A stretch of 64,000 nt of DNA. Source: an uncultured Nitrospiraceae bacterium. GTDB lineage: Bacteria > Nitrospirota > Nitrospiria > Nitrospirales > Nitrospiraceae. Where the stretch lies: the NCBI GenBank assembly GCA_963706325.1, contig CAVPLT010000001.1, positions 928,001 to 992,000 on the forward strand, read 5' to 3'. Under the pieces are notes generated by a model. It worked only from the letters and a program-made list of their open reading frames with translations. It had not been told where the DNA came from and did no database searches. Below are positions 20,216 through 30,526 of the stretch, in pieces (within the stretch, counting starts at the first letter, position 1; every line of letters begins with the position of its first letter). Position numbers and translations under genes: made by a program.

Positions 20216-21859
20216 CTAACTGATTGTACTCGCAGCTGTCTTTTCCGTGGTGGCGGCAGGAGGATGAGCAGGCCGACGCGACCGGATAATGTCCTCTAAA
20301 TTCAGCAGGGCCTCCCGTCCGGAATTGTGTTCGATGCCTCGAATCAGATTCGCATCGGCATAATGGGCGGTATCGGGTGCCGAGTCAAGCGCAGGTCTCT
20401 GAGAGAGTGAGCCGGTCCAAGCGCGCGGGTCGCGGCTGCCTTGTTTCTGTTCCCAGGCGGCGAGGCAAGCCTTGGCGATGATCTTATTGAGAGGCGCTGG
20501 GTTATAGAGAAGTTTGCGGATGCTCGTCGGCGTGAGCATGAGAGGGTTATACCCCGCCGAGAGGTAGCCTTCTTCCAGCAACCGGTGTTCCAGGTCTGTA
20601 TTGGGTTGGATGCCCAGGAAGAACATCAAGGGGAATACCCGCTCTTCACCCAAGATGGCAGCGACTTTCTTGTAGGACTCGACACTCTGGAGCAGGCTTT
20701 CTTCCGTCTCCTTCGGGGAGTTCAGTGAGTAATTGAGGATCACCTTGCCCTTGAAACCAGCTTCGGCCAGATAACGGCATCCGTCGTAGAGCCGTTCGAG
20801 TTTGAAGCCCATGTGCAGGTTATTCAGCACCTCTTGCGAGCCGGATGTGATGGCGACTTCCAAATCACCGACGCCTGATCGCACCATTAGCTTGGCGAGA
20901 TCCGGAGTGATCAATGAGGTGCGGATGTAGCCTGACCACTCAATCTCCAGTTTTTCACTCAAAATCCGTTCGAGGATCTCAGTACACTGCGGATAGGCTT
21001 CCTTGCCGGTAATGAACTGAGCATCGGTAAACCAGAACCGTCGGGCGCCCCATTGGTGGTAATGCTGCGAAATGTCCTTCACGACCATTTCCGGGGGGCG
21101 GTACCGCACTCGTTTGCCTTCGATATAGGGATAGAGGCAGAAGGCGCAATCATAGGGGCAGCCGCGTTTAGTTTGAACGCCGATGGATTCATCCATATAC
21201 GAAGCGTGTTGAGGGAAAATGGATGTCAGGTAAGGAAGATCGACTGTGAGGGCGTCCAGGAGCGCCGGTGAGCCTTGCTTACCCTTGCGAGTCTGCTTCC
21301 CCTCGCGAATGATGTAGCGTTCGTTTTCAAGCGATTCGCCGTTGATCACTTTGAGAATTGCGTCCTCCCCCTCGCCCAGAATTCCGATGGTCCCTTCAGG
21401 CAATTTCTCGATCAGCTGATCGGCAAAGGCCGTAAACGCTCCGCCGCCGATCATGATCTGGCTCTGGGGAAATTCCTTGCGGATCAACCAGGGATACGAC
21501 AGGTTTGCGCGAATGTGGCTGTAGTAGCGATAGAGCTGCTTCAGGCCGGCGAATGAGGCCATCACGCGCTTCATGGGATTGCCGGCGAAATAGAAATTGA
21601 ACGCATGCTCCAGCGAAGCATCGCCTTCGTGGGGAGAGAAAATCTGAATGTCCCGCCAGGAAAAGCAAACGAGATCCGGCTTAAAGTCGAGCGCGGCATC
21701 GCGAATCGCCTGGGTGCGCTGCGATTCAGGAAACAACGACAGGTCGAGGATGCGTTGCCTGACCTCCGGCTTCCGGCGATGAATGAAATCCGCCAGATAG
21801 GTCACACCTATCGGGTAGACCTTCTTGCAGGGGAGGAAGATGTAAAGAATCGATTCCAT
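20216..21859 (-). CDS. B12-binding radical SAM protein, resembling the cyanobacterial Slr0320-type family
   Basis: ILYIFLPC...YPIGVTYLAD, FSWRDIQIFSP, QTKRGCPYDCAFC, WFTDAQF. Confidence 0.8.
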   Translation of the reverse strand: MESILYIFLPCKKVYPIGVTYLADFIHRRKPEVRQRILDLSLFPESQRTQAIRDAALDFKPDLVCFSWRDIQIFSPHEGDASLEHAFNFYFAGNPMKRVMASFAGLKQLYRYYSHIRANLSYPWLIRKEFPQSQIMIGGGAFTAFADQLIEKLPEGTIGILGEGEDAILKVINGESLENERYIIREGKQTRKGKQGSPALLDALTVDLPYLTSIFPQHASYMDESIGVQTKRGCPYDCAFCLYPYIEGKRVRYRPPEMVVKDISQHYHQWGARRFWFTDAQFITGKEAYPQCTEILERILSEKLEIEWSGYIRTSLITPDLAKLMVRSGVGDLEVAITSGSQEVLNNLHMGFKLERLYDGCRYLAEAGFKGKVILNYSLNSPKETEESLLQSVESYKKVAAILGEERVFPLMFFLGIQPNTDLEHRLLEEGYLSAGYNPLMLTPTSIRKLLYNPAPLNKIIAKACLAAWEQKQGSRDPRAWTGSLSQRPALDSAPDTAHYADANLIRGIEHNSGREALLNLEDIIRSRRPAHPPAATTEKTAASTIS

Positions 21860-21946
21860 ATCGGAGCTGGTTGCTAATAGCCGATGACTGATACCTGAAA
21901 AAAGATTAATCCCCGCTGTCTGCTGCCATTCGTCATGTGGTTTTTG

Positions 21947-22729
21947 CTATTTGGTCGCCACGTGGATCGCGACGATGCCGCCGGTGAGGTTCCGGTGTTG
22001 CACCTGGCTGAACCCTGCCTCCCGCAGCAGCGCTGTGAGCCGCTCCTGATCGGGAAAGGTGCGAATCGAGGCTGGCAGGTATTCGTATACACCCGTGCGG
22101 TCGCGGGCAACCTTGGTGCCGACCCAGGGGAGCAGGCGGAACGAATACCAATCATAGAGCATGCGCAGCCAGCCGTAGGCCGGTCGTGAAAATTCCAAGC
22201 AGACAAACCGGCCGCCCGGTCGCAACACGCGACGGATTTCCATGAAGGCCTGCATCAGGTTGCCCACGTTTCGCATGCAGAACCCCGTCGTCACGGCATG
22301 GAAGGTCCCATCGGGAAATCCCAGCTGTTCGGCATTGGCCTGGAGGCAGGTCACCCGCTTGCGGAGCCCGCGTCCTGTCACCTTTCTCAGGCCTTCCGCC
22401 AACATGGCATGGTTCAAATCGGAGGCGACGACATGACCCTGCTCGCCCATCTTCGGTTCAATTAACAGCGCGAGATCTGCCGTTCCAGCGCCGATGTCGA
22501 GGGCTCGCCCGTTGGTGACCGTGGGCACATACGACGCGGTGAGGCGTTTCCAATGGTGATGGAGCCCAAAGCTGAGTAGCGTATTGTTAAGGTCATAGAC
22601 GCCGGCGATCGCGGTGAACATCCGCTGGACGGCCTGCTCACGTGCCTGCCCCGACCAGGTCGAGACGGCTTGCGGCTGCGGTGACAGCGGATCTGTCTCA
22701 TGCGTGGCCGGTTCTTGGATCTTCACCAT
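21947..22729 (-). CDS. ubiE: Demethylmenaquinone/ubiquinone C-methyltransferase
   Basis: [53 protein letters not shown]. Start placed at 22729; the longer ORF extension is antisense to uvrA. Confidence 0.9.
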   Translation of the reverse strand: MVKIQEPATHETDPLSPQPQAVSTWSGQAREQAVQRMFTAIAGVYDLNNTLLSFGLHHHWKRLTASYVPTVTNGRALDIGAGTADLALLIEPKMGEQGHVVASDLNHAMLAEGLRKVTGRGLRKRVTCLQANAEQLGFPDGTFHAVTTGFCMRNVGNLMQAFMEIRRVLRPGGRFVCLEFSRPAYGWLRMLYDWYSFRLLPWVGTKVARDRTGVYEYLPASIRTFPDQERLTALLREAGFSQVQHRNLTGGIVAIHVATK

Positions 22730-22735
22730 ACGAGC

Positions 22736-22789
22736 GTGGTAGCACCAGCTTTCAAGCTTTGTCAAGCGAGTCAGTTCAGGTGGTATAAT
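22736..22789. promoter_or_regulatory. Overlapping divergent sigma70 promoters for ubiE and uvrA
   Basis: Plus: TTGTCA (22759) ... TGG-TATAAT (22784-22789). Minus: TTGACA (22765-22760)-18nt-TACCAC preceded by TGC. Confidence 0.6.
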
Positions 22790-22798
22790 CCGCCTCTT

Positions 22799-25306
22799 AT
22801 GAATAATTCGATCATCATCAAAGGGGCGCGTGAACACAATCTGAAGAATCTCGACGTCGAGATTCCCCGGGACAAGCTGGTCGTGATGACCGGTCTGAGC
22901 GGGTCGGGGAAATCCTCGCTCGCCTTCGATACGATTTATGCGGAAGGTCAGCGACGATACGTCGAATCCCTGTCTGCCTATGCCCGGCAGTTCCTCGAAC
23001 AGATGGGGAAGCCGGACGTTGATTCGATCGAAGGATTGTCGCCCGCCATCTCCATCGAGCAGAAAAGCACCAGCCACAACCCCCGTTCCACGGTCGGGAC
23101 CGTTACCGAGATCTACGACTATCTGCGGCTGCTGTACGCCCGCGTCGGTCACCCATTCTGCTTCCAATGCGGGCAGGAAATTACCGCGCAGACCGTGCAG
23201 CAGATGGTGGATGCGATCTGCGAATTGCCGGAGGGCTCAAAATTCCAAATCCTGTCGCCGATCGTGCGGGGGCGAAAAGGAGAATATCGAAAAGAATTGC
23301 TGGAGATGCGGAAGGCCGGCTACGTGCGGGCGCGAATCGACGGGGAATTGGTCGATCTCGATGAGGATGTGATTCTCGACAAGCAGAAGAAACACAACAT
23401 CGAGATCGTCGTTGATCGGTTGGTCATGAAGCCTGGTGATGCGCTGATGAGACGGGTGGCCGACTCCGTCGAAACGTCTGTGAAGCTCGCCGGCGGGTTG
23501 GTCGGCGTGTTATCGGAAACAGGCAAGATCCATCTCTATAGCGAGAAGTTGGCCTGCATCAAATGCGGCGTGAGTTATCCAGAGATCACCCCCCGGATCT
23601 TTTCCTTTAACAGTCCTCATGGGGCCTGTCCGGCCTGCGACGGAATCGGCTACGCCATGACGCCGGGGGCTTCGGAAGAGGAAGACTTTACGTTGTTGGA
23701 ACGCTGCGAGATCTGCCAGGGGGCGCGGCTCAAACCGGAAAGTCTGGCTGTCAAGATCGCCAAGAAATCGATTGCCGAAGTGACGCGACTATCCGTGCGG
23801 GCAGCGGCGGACTTTTTTTCGACGCTCAAGTTCACCGAGCGCGAACTCGTCATCGCCCATCGCATCCTGAAAGAGATTCGCGAGCGGCTAGGGTTTTTGG
23901 TCAACGTCGGATTGGATTATCTGACATTGGATCGTCCGGCGGCGACGCTGTCCGGCGGAGAGGGCCAGCGTATTCGTTTGGCTACCCAGATCGGCTCGGG
24001 GCTGGTCGGTGTGCTGTATATCTTGGATGAACCGTCTATCGGCCTCCATCAACGGGACAACCGTCGGCTGCTCACCACATTGCTCCGCCTGCGTGATCTG
24101 GGCAACACGGTGATTGTGGTGGAACACGATGCGGAGACCATGCAAGCGGCCGACTACATTTTGGACCTGGGGCCGGGCGCCGGCACGCACGGCGGCAGGA
24201 TCATCGCGCAGGGGACGCCCAAGCAGGTTATGGCGAATCCCGATTCACTCACTGGGAAATATTTGCGCGGTGAGCAAATGGTCTCGCTTCCTCAGCGGGC
24301 CCGCAAAGCCAAAGGGGCTTTGACCGTCGTGGGCGCGAAAAAGCACAACCTCAAAGGCGTGACCGTCAATATTCCCTTAGGCCTGTTAACCTGTGTGACC
24401 GGCGTCTCCGGATCCGGCAAGAGCACCCTCGTGCTCGAGGTCCTGTTCCACTCGCTCTCTCAGCTGCTCTATCAGAAGAAGCCAAAAATCGATGGGTGTA
24501 AAGAGCTCAAGGGCGACGACGCGCTGGATAAAATCATTGATATAGACCAGTCGCCGATCGGGCGCACGCCGCGGTCGAATCCAGCCACCTACACCGGTCT
24601 CTTCACGTTCATCCGCGATTTGTTTTCCAATTTGCCGGAGTCCCGCGTGCGCGGGTACAAGCCTGGCCGCTACAGCTTCAATGTGAAAGGCGGGCGTTGC
24701 GAAGCCTGTCAGGGCGACGGCCTCATCAAGATCGAGATGCATTTTCTCCCCGACGTGTATGTGACCTGCGAAGTCTGCAAAGGCCAGCGCTATAACCGCG
24801 AGACACTAGAGATTCAATATAAGGGTCGCAGCATCGCCGACATCCTTAATATGACAGTCGACGATGCTTTAGAATTCTTTGAGAACATTCCCTACATCAA
24901 GACGAAGCTGCAGACACTTCACGATGTCGGATTGCATTACGTCAAGCTGGGGCAGTCTGCGACGACCCTGTCTGGCGGCGAGGCACAACGCGTGAAGCTC
25001 TCCCGTGAACTCTCAAAACGTCCCACCGGTCGAACGATGTATATTTTGGATGAACCTACCACCGGGCTGCACTTCGCGGATATTCAGCGATTGCTGGATG
25101 TACTCAACCGTTTGGTCGAGACCGGCAATACCGTTCTCGTGATCGAACACAACCTCGATATGATCCGCAACGCCGATTGGATCATCGACCTGGGACCCGA
25201 AGGCGGGGATCGAGGAGGCGAAATTGTGGCCGAAGGCCCGCCGAAAGAAATTGCCAAGGTGAAACGGTCCTATACGGGGCAGGTGCTGAAAGAAGCGGGG
25301 GTGTAG
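22799..25306 (+). CDS. uvrA: Excinuclease ABC subunit A
   Basis: [32 protein letters not shown], two LSGGE motifs, zinc fingers. Confidence 0.98.
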   Translation: MNNSIIIKGAREHNLKNLDVEIPRDKLVVMTGLSGSGKSSLAFDTIYAEGQRRYVESLSAYARQFLEQMGKPDVDSIEGLSPAISIEQKSTSHNPRSTVGTVTEIYDYLRLLYARVGHPFCFQCGQEITAQTVQQMVDAICELPEGSKFQILSPIVRGRKGEYRKELLEMRKAGYVRARIDGELVDLDEDVILDKQKKHNIEIVVDRLVMKPGDALMRRVADSVETSVKLAGGLVGVLSETGKIHLYSEKLACIKCGVSYPEITPRIFSFNSPHGACPACDGIGYAMTPGASEEEDFTLLERCEICQGARLKPESLAVKIAKKSIAEVTRLSVRAAADFFSTLKFTERELVIAHRILKEIRERLGFLVNVGLDYLTLDRPAATLSGGEGQRIRLATQIGSGLVGVLYILDEPSIGLHQRDNRRLLTTLLRLRDLGNTVIVVEHDAETMQAADYILDLGPGAGTHGGRIIAQGTPKQVMANPDSLTGKYLRGEQMVSLPQRARKAKGALTVVGAKKHNLKGVTVNIPLGLLTCVTGVSGSGKSTLVLEVLFHSLSQLLYQKKPKIDGCKELKGDDALDKIIDIDQSPIGRTPRSNPATYTGLFTFIRDLFSNLPESRVRGYKPGRYSFNVKGGRCEACQGDGLIKIEMHFLPDVYVTCEVCKGQRYNRETLEIQYKGRSIADILNMTVDDALEFFENIPYIKTKLQTLHDVGLHYVKLGQSATTLSGGEAQRVKLSRELSKRPTGRTMYILDEPTTGLHFADIQRLLDVLNRLVETGNTVLVIEHNLDMIRNADWIIDLGPEGGDRGGEIVAEGPPKEIAKVKRSYTGQVLKEAGV

Positions 25307-25467
25307 CGGGCTGGCCGGTCGTCCTTCGAGGGCACGGCCGGCTCACCACTCGCCGGCGTGCGCAAACGTGACGCTCCTTACTCGTCGCGTCGCGCACCTC
25401 GCGCCACGCGCCGCCTCAGAAGACCCTCGTTGGACGCGCGCAGTGAAGGACGATCCAGCCAATCCGC
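25306..25467. mobile_element. MITE/REP-like element with imperfect terminal inverted repeats
   Basis: Left end GCGGGCTGGCCGGTCGTCCTTC versus reverse complement of right end GCGGATTGGCTGGATCGTCCTTC; about 160 bp, non-coding, abuts the uvrA stop. Confidence 0.55.
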
Positions 25468-26086
25468 TTTGAGGTTGGTAAGGAATAAGTATGGGCGCGA
25501 ATGCAGGTAGTATGCAGCCGGTCGTCATCATGCGTGGAACTGAGGCTGGGGCCTTTTCATTTCTCATGACTGGGTTCTTCTCTCAAAAATAATTAAGGGC
25601 GGAAGCCGCGGCGGGACGGTGTCATTCGACTCTCATCGTTTCGTTTCCTACCTGTCATCCAGCGCAATACCCCATCTTTCAAGTGGCCTGACATTTCGCA
25701 GAGGCTGTGTGATTGATTCTGGACTCAACTGAACATTGCTATGTTAAAGGCAAACTCGCAGCAAGAGATAATCTCCATAATCGGGCAACAATTTTTCACG
25801 CCAATTGCCCTACGAATGCGATCGGGCGCAGCTCAAGACGATTCTGTACGTCATCACCCTCATCATTTTTTACAGAGTCCTGCCGGGTGCTTGTTCTGTC
25901 GGTAGCCATGCGTTCTGACCCAGTTCCCACTGCCCGTCTCCAGCCTTCATTATCTCGCTAGGTCTTTCTTCGCGCTTCCCCAGGGTAATCACTAGGCCCG
26001 TCTCGTGCTTTCATCGGTTACAAAGTGAACTGACAGGCGAATCAAGAGTTTTAGGTTTCGCAGGGAGACAAGAAAAGGAGGCATTT

Positions 26087-26515
26087 ATGAAGGCATCACC
26101 ATCGGTTGGAAATCTGGGATTGGGCCTATGCATCGTAGCAGCCGGCTTATTGCTCGGGGGTTGTAATACGACAAAAGCCACGGTCGATACGACCGTCAAT
26201 TTCTTCTCCAGTACGACCCCGAATGAGCTCTTTTCTGCCGACGGCATGGTGTTGAAAGAACAGAGAATCAATCTATTCGCCGGAGTGACGTATGAGAATC
26301 TGCGGCAAGAAGCTGCGGCCGGTGGCGGACAATATGTGACTGCCTTGGCCTCTCTCTACGAAATCCCGGTGGCCAAACAGGACGACTTTAGTGTCGTCTT
26401 GCAGCGGAAACACGCGGACTTGTTCGCAGCAGGCTTGGACGAGGATCGCACGGCGCATCTCAAAATGGTCAGTGCATTGAATCGAGAATTGACGGCGGCG
26501 GCGTTACTGCCCTAA
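26087..26515 (+). CDS. DUF3015-like lipoprotein
   Basis: AAGGAGG RBS, lipobox LGGC, ENLRQEAAAGGGQYVTALASL motif. Confidence 0.75.
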   Translation: MKASPSVGNLGLGLCIVAAGLLLGGCNTTKATVDTTVNFFSSTTPNELFSADGMVLKEQRINLFAGVTYENLRQEAAAGGGQYVTALASLYEIPVAKQDDFSVVLQRKHADLFAAGLDEDRTAHLKMVSALNRELTAAALLP

Positions 26516-26537
26516 GCCGTTTTAGGGGGAGGGCTTT

Positions 26538-26630
26538 ATGGGAACGATGGGCAAGGGATTCATGCTGTGGGTGCTCGGGGTTCCGGCAAGCCTCCTTCTG
26601 TTGCTGTGGTTTCTTGGAATTTTAAAATAA
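26538..26630 (+). CDS. 30-aa small membrane protein
   Basis: GGGGGAGG RBS; MGTMGKGFMLWVLGVPASLLLLLWFLGILK; below the ORF-track cutoff. Confidence 0.65.
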   Translation: MGTMGKGFMLWVLGVPASLLLLLWFLGILK

Positions 26631-26685
26631 TCTCACACCGAAACCGAAGGTCGGCTGAGATAGATGTACATCTGGAGGTGAGAAT

Positions 26686-27069
26686 ATGGCATTACGATAT
26701 CCGCTGATGATGGCTGCGGCTCTCACAATAGCTGGGCTTCCCGCTTATGCCGCCGATTTGGAAACGCAAGTGGTCGATAAAAACTGCTACATTGAGGTCT
26801 TTGAAGATGACAACTTTGATCCCGATGATCCGCATGTCCTACTGCAAGGCCCCAAGGAGTATGCAACGCTGAAGAACTTGGCAGGGAAAGATTGGAGCAA
26901 CGATATTGAAAGCGTGATCGTTGGCTCAAACGCCACCGTGCGCGCCTACGAGGATAAAGATTTCAAAGGCACGGAGCTCGCGTTCGTGCCAGGACAACGA
27001 GTGGCTAATCTGGGAAAGCTGGACATGGCGAACGATATTGAATCGCTCAAAATTTCCTGCGGAAAATAG
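26686..27069 (+). CDS. Secreted beta/gamma-crystallin domain protein
   Basis: GGAGG RBS, signal peptide, Greek-key motifs VFEDDNF, WSNDIESVIV, AYEDKDFKG, NDIESLKI. Confidence 0.85.
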   Translation: MALRYPLMMAAALTIAGLPAYAADLETQVVDKNCYIEVFEDDNFDPDDPHVLLQGPKEYATLKNLAGKDWSNDIESVIVGSNATVRAYEDKDFKGTELAFVPGQRVANLGKLDMANDIESLKISCGK

Positions 27070-27253
27070 CCGAACGGATGACCGGGTGCACAGCCCGGTG
27101 AATCTCTTACGAGCCTGCCACTTCCGTGGCAGGCTCGTTATCGTTCAAGTGAGGTCAAATCGATACTCCTCAAGAGTGCCGACGATTTGCCTCGCATAGA
27201 CGGCTCGCCCGCTCGCGCAAACAAAAAGCAAGGGTGTTTCATCGCGGTGCCGG

Positions 27254-27607
27254 CTACGGAAGGAGCGCATCTCCCGCGACGTTCGTGGCTATGGGGGTAA
27301 AAATGAATCCAATGATTGGGACCAGATACCACATAGTGGCCTCATCCGATTGCACGATTCTCACCTTCGTGGCACCGTGTTTTTTGGCCTCATCGGCAAA
27401 ACTCTGAACCGTATTGCTCAGTGTAGCGTCTCCCCAGATCGGTTTGGTCATGAACAGGTGCACGGCATAGTTTCTCGTGTTGATGTGAGTCAGGTGGTCG
27501 CCATCCACCCCTTTGATTCCTCGGGGGTCAGACGCTACGCTGGAGATTGAGCAGCCGGTCCCGACTCCCATGACAATCATAAGCAATGCAAAAGTTATAT
27601 GTCTCAT
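27254..27607 (-). CDS. Hypothetical lipoprotein
   Basis: AAGGAGG RBS, lipobox-like GTGC, hydrophobic C-terminal segment. Confidence 0.7.
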   Translation of the reverse strand: MRHITFALLMIVMGVGTGCSISSVASDPRGIKGVDGDHLTHINTRNYAVHLFMTKPIWGDATLSNTVQSFADEAKKHGATKVRIVQSDEATMWYLVPIIGFIFTPIATNVAGDALLP

Positions 27608-27701
27608 CGATTCCTCCTTTGGACACAAGTGCGGTGTGAATTAACTCGCGTGAACTGGAACTTCGAGATGCTTCGTGTAGTGTAGGTGGAAATCTCCCCA
27701 C

Positions 27702-27854
27702 CTACAGTCGTCCGGTCAGCACCAGAATCAACAGAATTAGGACGACCAATCCGAGCCCGCCGCTGGGCGCATACCCCCAATTCGCGCTGTGAGGCCAGCT
27801 CGGCAAGGCGCCGATTAGCATGAGAATCAGAATGACTAGCAGTATGGTGCTCAT
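27702..27854 (-). CDS. DUF3309 family small membrane protein, 50 aa
   Basis: Manual translation MSTILLVILILMLIGALPSWPHSANWGYAPSGGLGLVVLILLILVLTGRL; GGAGG RBS. Confidence 0.9.
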   Translation of the reverse strand: MSTILLVILILMLIGALPSWPHSANWGYAPSGGLGLVVLILLILVLTGRL

Positions 27855-28023
27855 GAGTGCCTCCCTCAGCAAGATGTTAATCCAGCGAGAAACTCTGCTG
27901 CGACAATCGACTGCGCTATGCGAATAATATCTTTGCGTCCGGCTGCCTCGTGGTGCGCATAGACCACACAGCCACGCTATGACCCTCGTTGTGGTTCATG
28001 CCCCGCACATGTGGCGCTCAATT

Positions 28024-29148
28024 TCACTTACCGATGAAATCTCCCACGGAAGAGAAGGGCTCAACATGGTCGCAGAAGATTTTAAATGCGACCAGGATCG
28101 GCACGGCGAGCAATGCGCCGCCGATCCCCCAGATCCATCCCCACAGCATGAGGCCGACGAGGAGCACCACAGGATTCATCTCTAGCCGTTGGCCAAGGAT
28201 CATCGGGGTGACGAACCAGCCTTCCAGGAGTGCCAGGCCACCGTAAGCAGCGCCGACTATGAAGACATGGCCCAATTCGTCGAAGGTCAGGGTCGCCACC
28301 AGCATGACCACGATGATGCCGAACATGTGGCCCAAATAGGGAATGAACGTGACCAGGGCGGCCATTGCGCCCCAGAGGATGGGATTCGGCATGCCCAGCA
28401 AATACATGGCCACGCCGACCAACGTCCCGAGTCCTAGATTGATACAGGTGACGGTAAAGAGATATCGAAAGAGCTGTTCTTCAATTTGTCGCACGATCTC
28501 CACGGCTCGCCGCTTATCCGGCCAGCGAGGGAGTACCTTCACAAGCTTCTGCAGAAATAGGTCGCCCGACGAGAGCAGGAAGTACAACAGAATGATGGTC
28601 GTTGCGGCCCCAATGAGGAATTCGCCCGTCACGCTGAAGAATTTCATCGGCCAGGCATCGCTCTTCACTTCAACCTGTTGCACTTTTTTTGTCCCATCCA
28701 ATGTGGCGGCTTTGGAGAGGAGCTCAGTCGCCTTGGTGACTTCCTGCATCGGTTGTTTGAACACGCGAAGTTTGTACTCGGCTTCGCGGAAGGCGTCTGG
28801 CACTCTGGCAGCCCAGTCAGCTGCCGGTTCGGCCAGTCGCGAGACCCCATAACCAAGGGTGGCCAGCACTAGCGACAGCAGAATGGCCGCGCCCACAGGC
28901 TCGGGAATGTGTAACTGTCTCAGACGGCGCAAGAGGGGCGCAAAGAGCACCGCGAACAAGAGTGCGATGGTGATGGGAAGGAAAATCACACGCCCAAGAT
29001 GGAGGGTAAAAAAGACGGCCAGAATAAACAAACCTGTCAGCGTGACGCTGTGCACATGCAGGTGTGGTCTAAGTTCGCTGTCGCTGACAGCCGGATCGAT
29101 ATTCGAAACCACTGGTGTCTGAGAAATCGTCGGATCGATCGTGGTCAT
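28024..29148 (-). CDS. AI-2E (PerM/UPF0118) family transporter
   Basis: Multi-TM; FIPYLG, P.ILG.RLEMNPV, WGWIWGIGGALLAVP motifs. Confidence 0.9.
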   Translation of the reverse strand: MTTIDPTISQTPVVSNIDPAVSDSELRPHLHVHSVTLTGLFILAVFFTLHLGRVIFLPITIALLFAVLFAPLLRRLRQLHIPEPVGAAILLSLVLATLGYGVSRLAEPAADWAARVPDAFREAEYKLRVFKQPMQEVTKATELLSKAATLDGTKKVQQVEVKSDAWPMKFFSVTGEFLIGAATTIILLYFLLSSGDLFLQKLVKVLPRWPDKRRAVEIVRQIEEQLFRYLFTVTCINLGLGTLVGVAMYLLGMPNPILWGAMAALVTFIPYLGHMFGIIVVMLVATLTFDELGHVFIVGAAYGGLALLEGWFVTPMILGQRLEMNPVVLLVGLMLWGWIWGIGGALLAVPILVAFKIFCDHVEPFSSVGDFIGK

Positions 29149-29197
29149 CGGTTCCTGTCTCCCGACCGTTCCTTCCGCGTCATGTGTCGCGAAGGGA

Positions 29198-30526
29198 TCA
29201 AGGTTTGAGCAGTGTCCTCGCCTGTGAATTGGCTGTGCAGTCGATTGAGGATGCGTCGAATGCCACCGCGGTGCTCTCGAATGTTGGATCCTGATCAGCT
29301 CGAAGTATTCTTGAAAGTATGTGATGGAGTTTTTCCCGCGGCTGTTCGGTGGCGATCAGCGCACCGAGGCGACCGGCCCGCAGTCGATAGGCAGGCTTGT
29401 CCATAATCTGCTTTATGATACGGGTCAAAGCCGAAAGCGAGGCTTCGCCGGCCCGGACAGATTCACCCGCTCCGTATTGCTGTACGTAATCCATCATGAG
29501 GTACTGATCCAGATTGGCCGGAATTCCCACGACTGGAACGCCCGCTGTGAAGGCTTGATAGACCGTGGCGCTGCCGCCGTTGCAGATGACGAGGTCTGCT
29601 CGCTTTGCCGCGTCAAGGCCGGGCAGGTACGGGGCGACCCATGTGTTGCCTGGGAGGTCTTCAGGCGGTGGGTTGCCGGCCGTGGAAACCAGAGCGCCGA
29701 TGCCCAGACACTGCAATGCGCCTAAGACACTCGACAGAAGCTCAGGTCTTCCGGAGGTGCCAAGGCTGACATAGGCCATTGGTCGAACAGGCGGAACGGT
29801 ACTCCACCATGCAGGCGTCTCTTCAGGCGACCAGAGCACCGGACCGAGGTAGTGGTGGTTCTGCGGCCGGTCGAAAGTTGGAACCAAATCGGGCAGGTCG
29901 GCGTAGAGGGTTTCATCAGCATCGGAAAAAATCTTCGACAGGCTGTATCCGATGGAGGACAAGCCATATTCCTTGCGAACGCGATTCAGCGCGGAGCTTT
30001 GTTGCGCGAAAACGAATGGCCTTATCATCGTGAAGAGCGCCTGCCCCAGTCGTGGACCGAATCGCTGCGTGATGGCAAGTTCGGGCACGATGAAATGCGC
30101 TCGTGCATAGGGACTCCAATGGGCATTAGTTACCGTAAGATAAGGAACGGCGGCCGTTCTGGCGCTGATTGAAAGAGACAAGCGAAAATCTCCGATCACG
30201 ACATCCGGATTCAAATCGGCCAAGAGGTGAAGGTCCTGCTTCACATAGCCTCGCAGTTCGTCTGTCCTGTAGAGCGGACTTCCCTTGCGCAGGCGATCCT
30301 GGAACTGTTCGCTGCTGATGGAATGTAGTGGATGAACGGTGACCGGCAGTGTTTCAAAGAATTGAAGATAGCGTCGATCGCAGGCCAAATGAACGTCATA
30401 TCGTTCAGGATCAAGCGCGCGCGCCAGCGCGGCAGCTCTCGCGACATGCGCGAGACTGACGGCCTCGGCCATAAAGAGTATCCGTCTGCGCCGAGGCAGG
30501 GGCGACCCACCGCGGGGCTGATGCAT
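29198..30526 (-). CDS. GT-B (family 1/MGT-like) glycosyltransferase
   Basis: ILFMAEAVSLAHVAR, YVSLGTSG, ICNGGSATVYQA...GVP..GIPANLDQ; start uncertain, may be fused to the upstream GT2. Confidence 0.82.
   Translation of the reverse strand: MHQPRGGSPLPRRRRILFMAEAVSLAHVARAAALARALDPERYDVHLACDRRYLQFFETLPVTVHPLHSISSEQFQDRLRKGSPLYRTDELRGYVKQDLHLLADLNPDVVIGDFRLSLSISARTAAVPYLTVTNAHWSPYARAHFIVPELAITQRFGPRLGQALFTMIRPFVFAQQSSALNRVRKEYGLSSIGYSLSKIFSDADETLYADLPDLVPTFDRPQNHHYLGPVLWSPEETPAWWSTVPPVRPMAYVSLGTSGRPELLSSVLGALQCLGIGALVSTAGNPPPEDLPGNTWVAPYLPGLDAAKRADLVICNGGSATVYQAFTAGVPVVGIPANLDQYLMMDYVQQYGAGESVRAGEASLSALTRIIKQIMDKPAYRLRAGRLGALIATEQPREKLHHILSRILRADQDPTFESTAVAFDASSIDCTANSQARTLLKP

Noticed and set aside
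22730..23167. N-terminal extension of the 406-aa methyltransferase ORF
   Set aside because: It is the antisense shadow of uvrA; UbiE similarity and promoter placement favour a start at 22729
27681..27706. TGTAGGTGG...CCACCTACA inverted repeat as a second lux box
   Set aside because: Wrong arm orientation and length; it overlaps the DUF3309 stop, so an RNA hairpin is more likely
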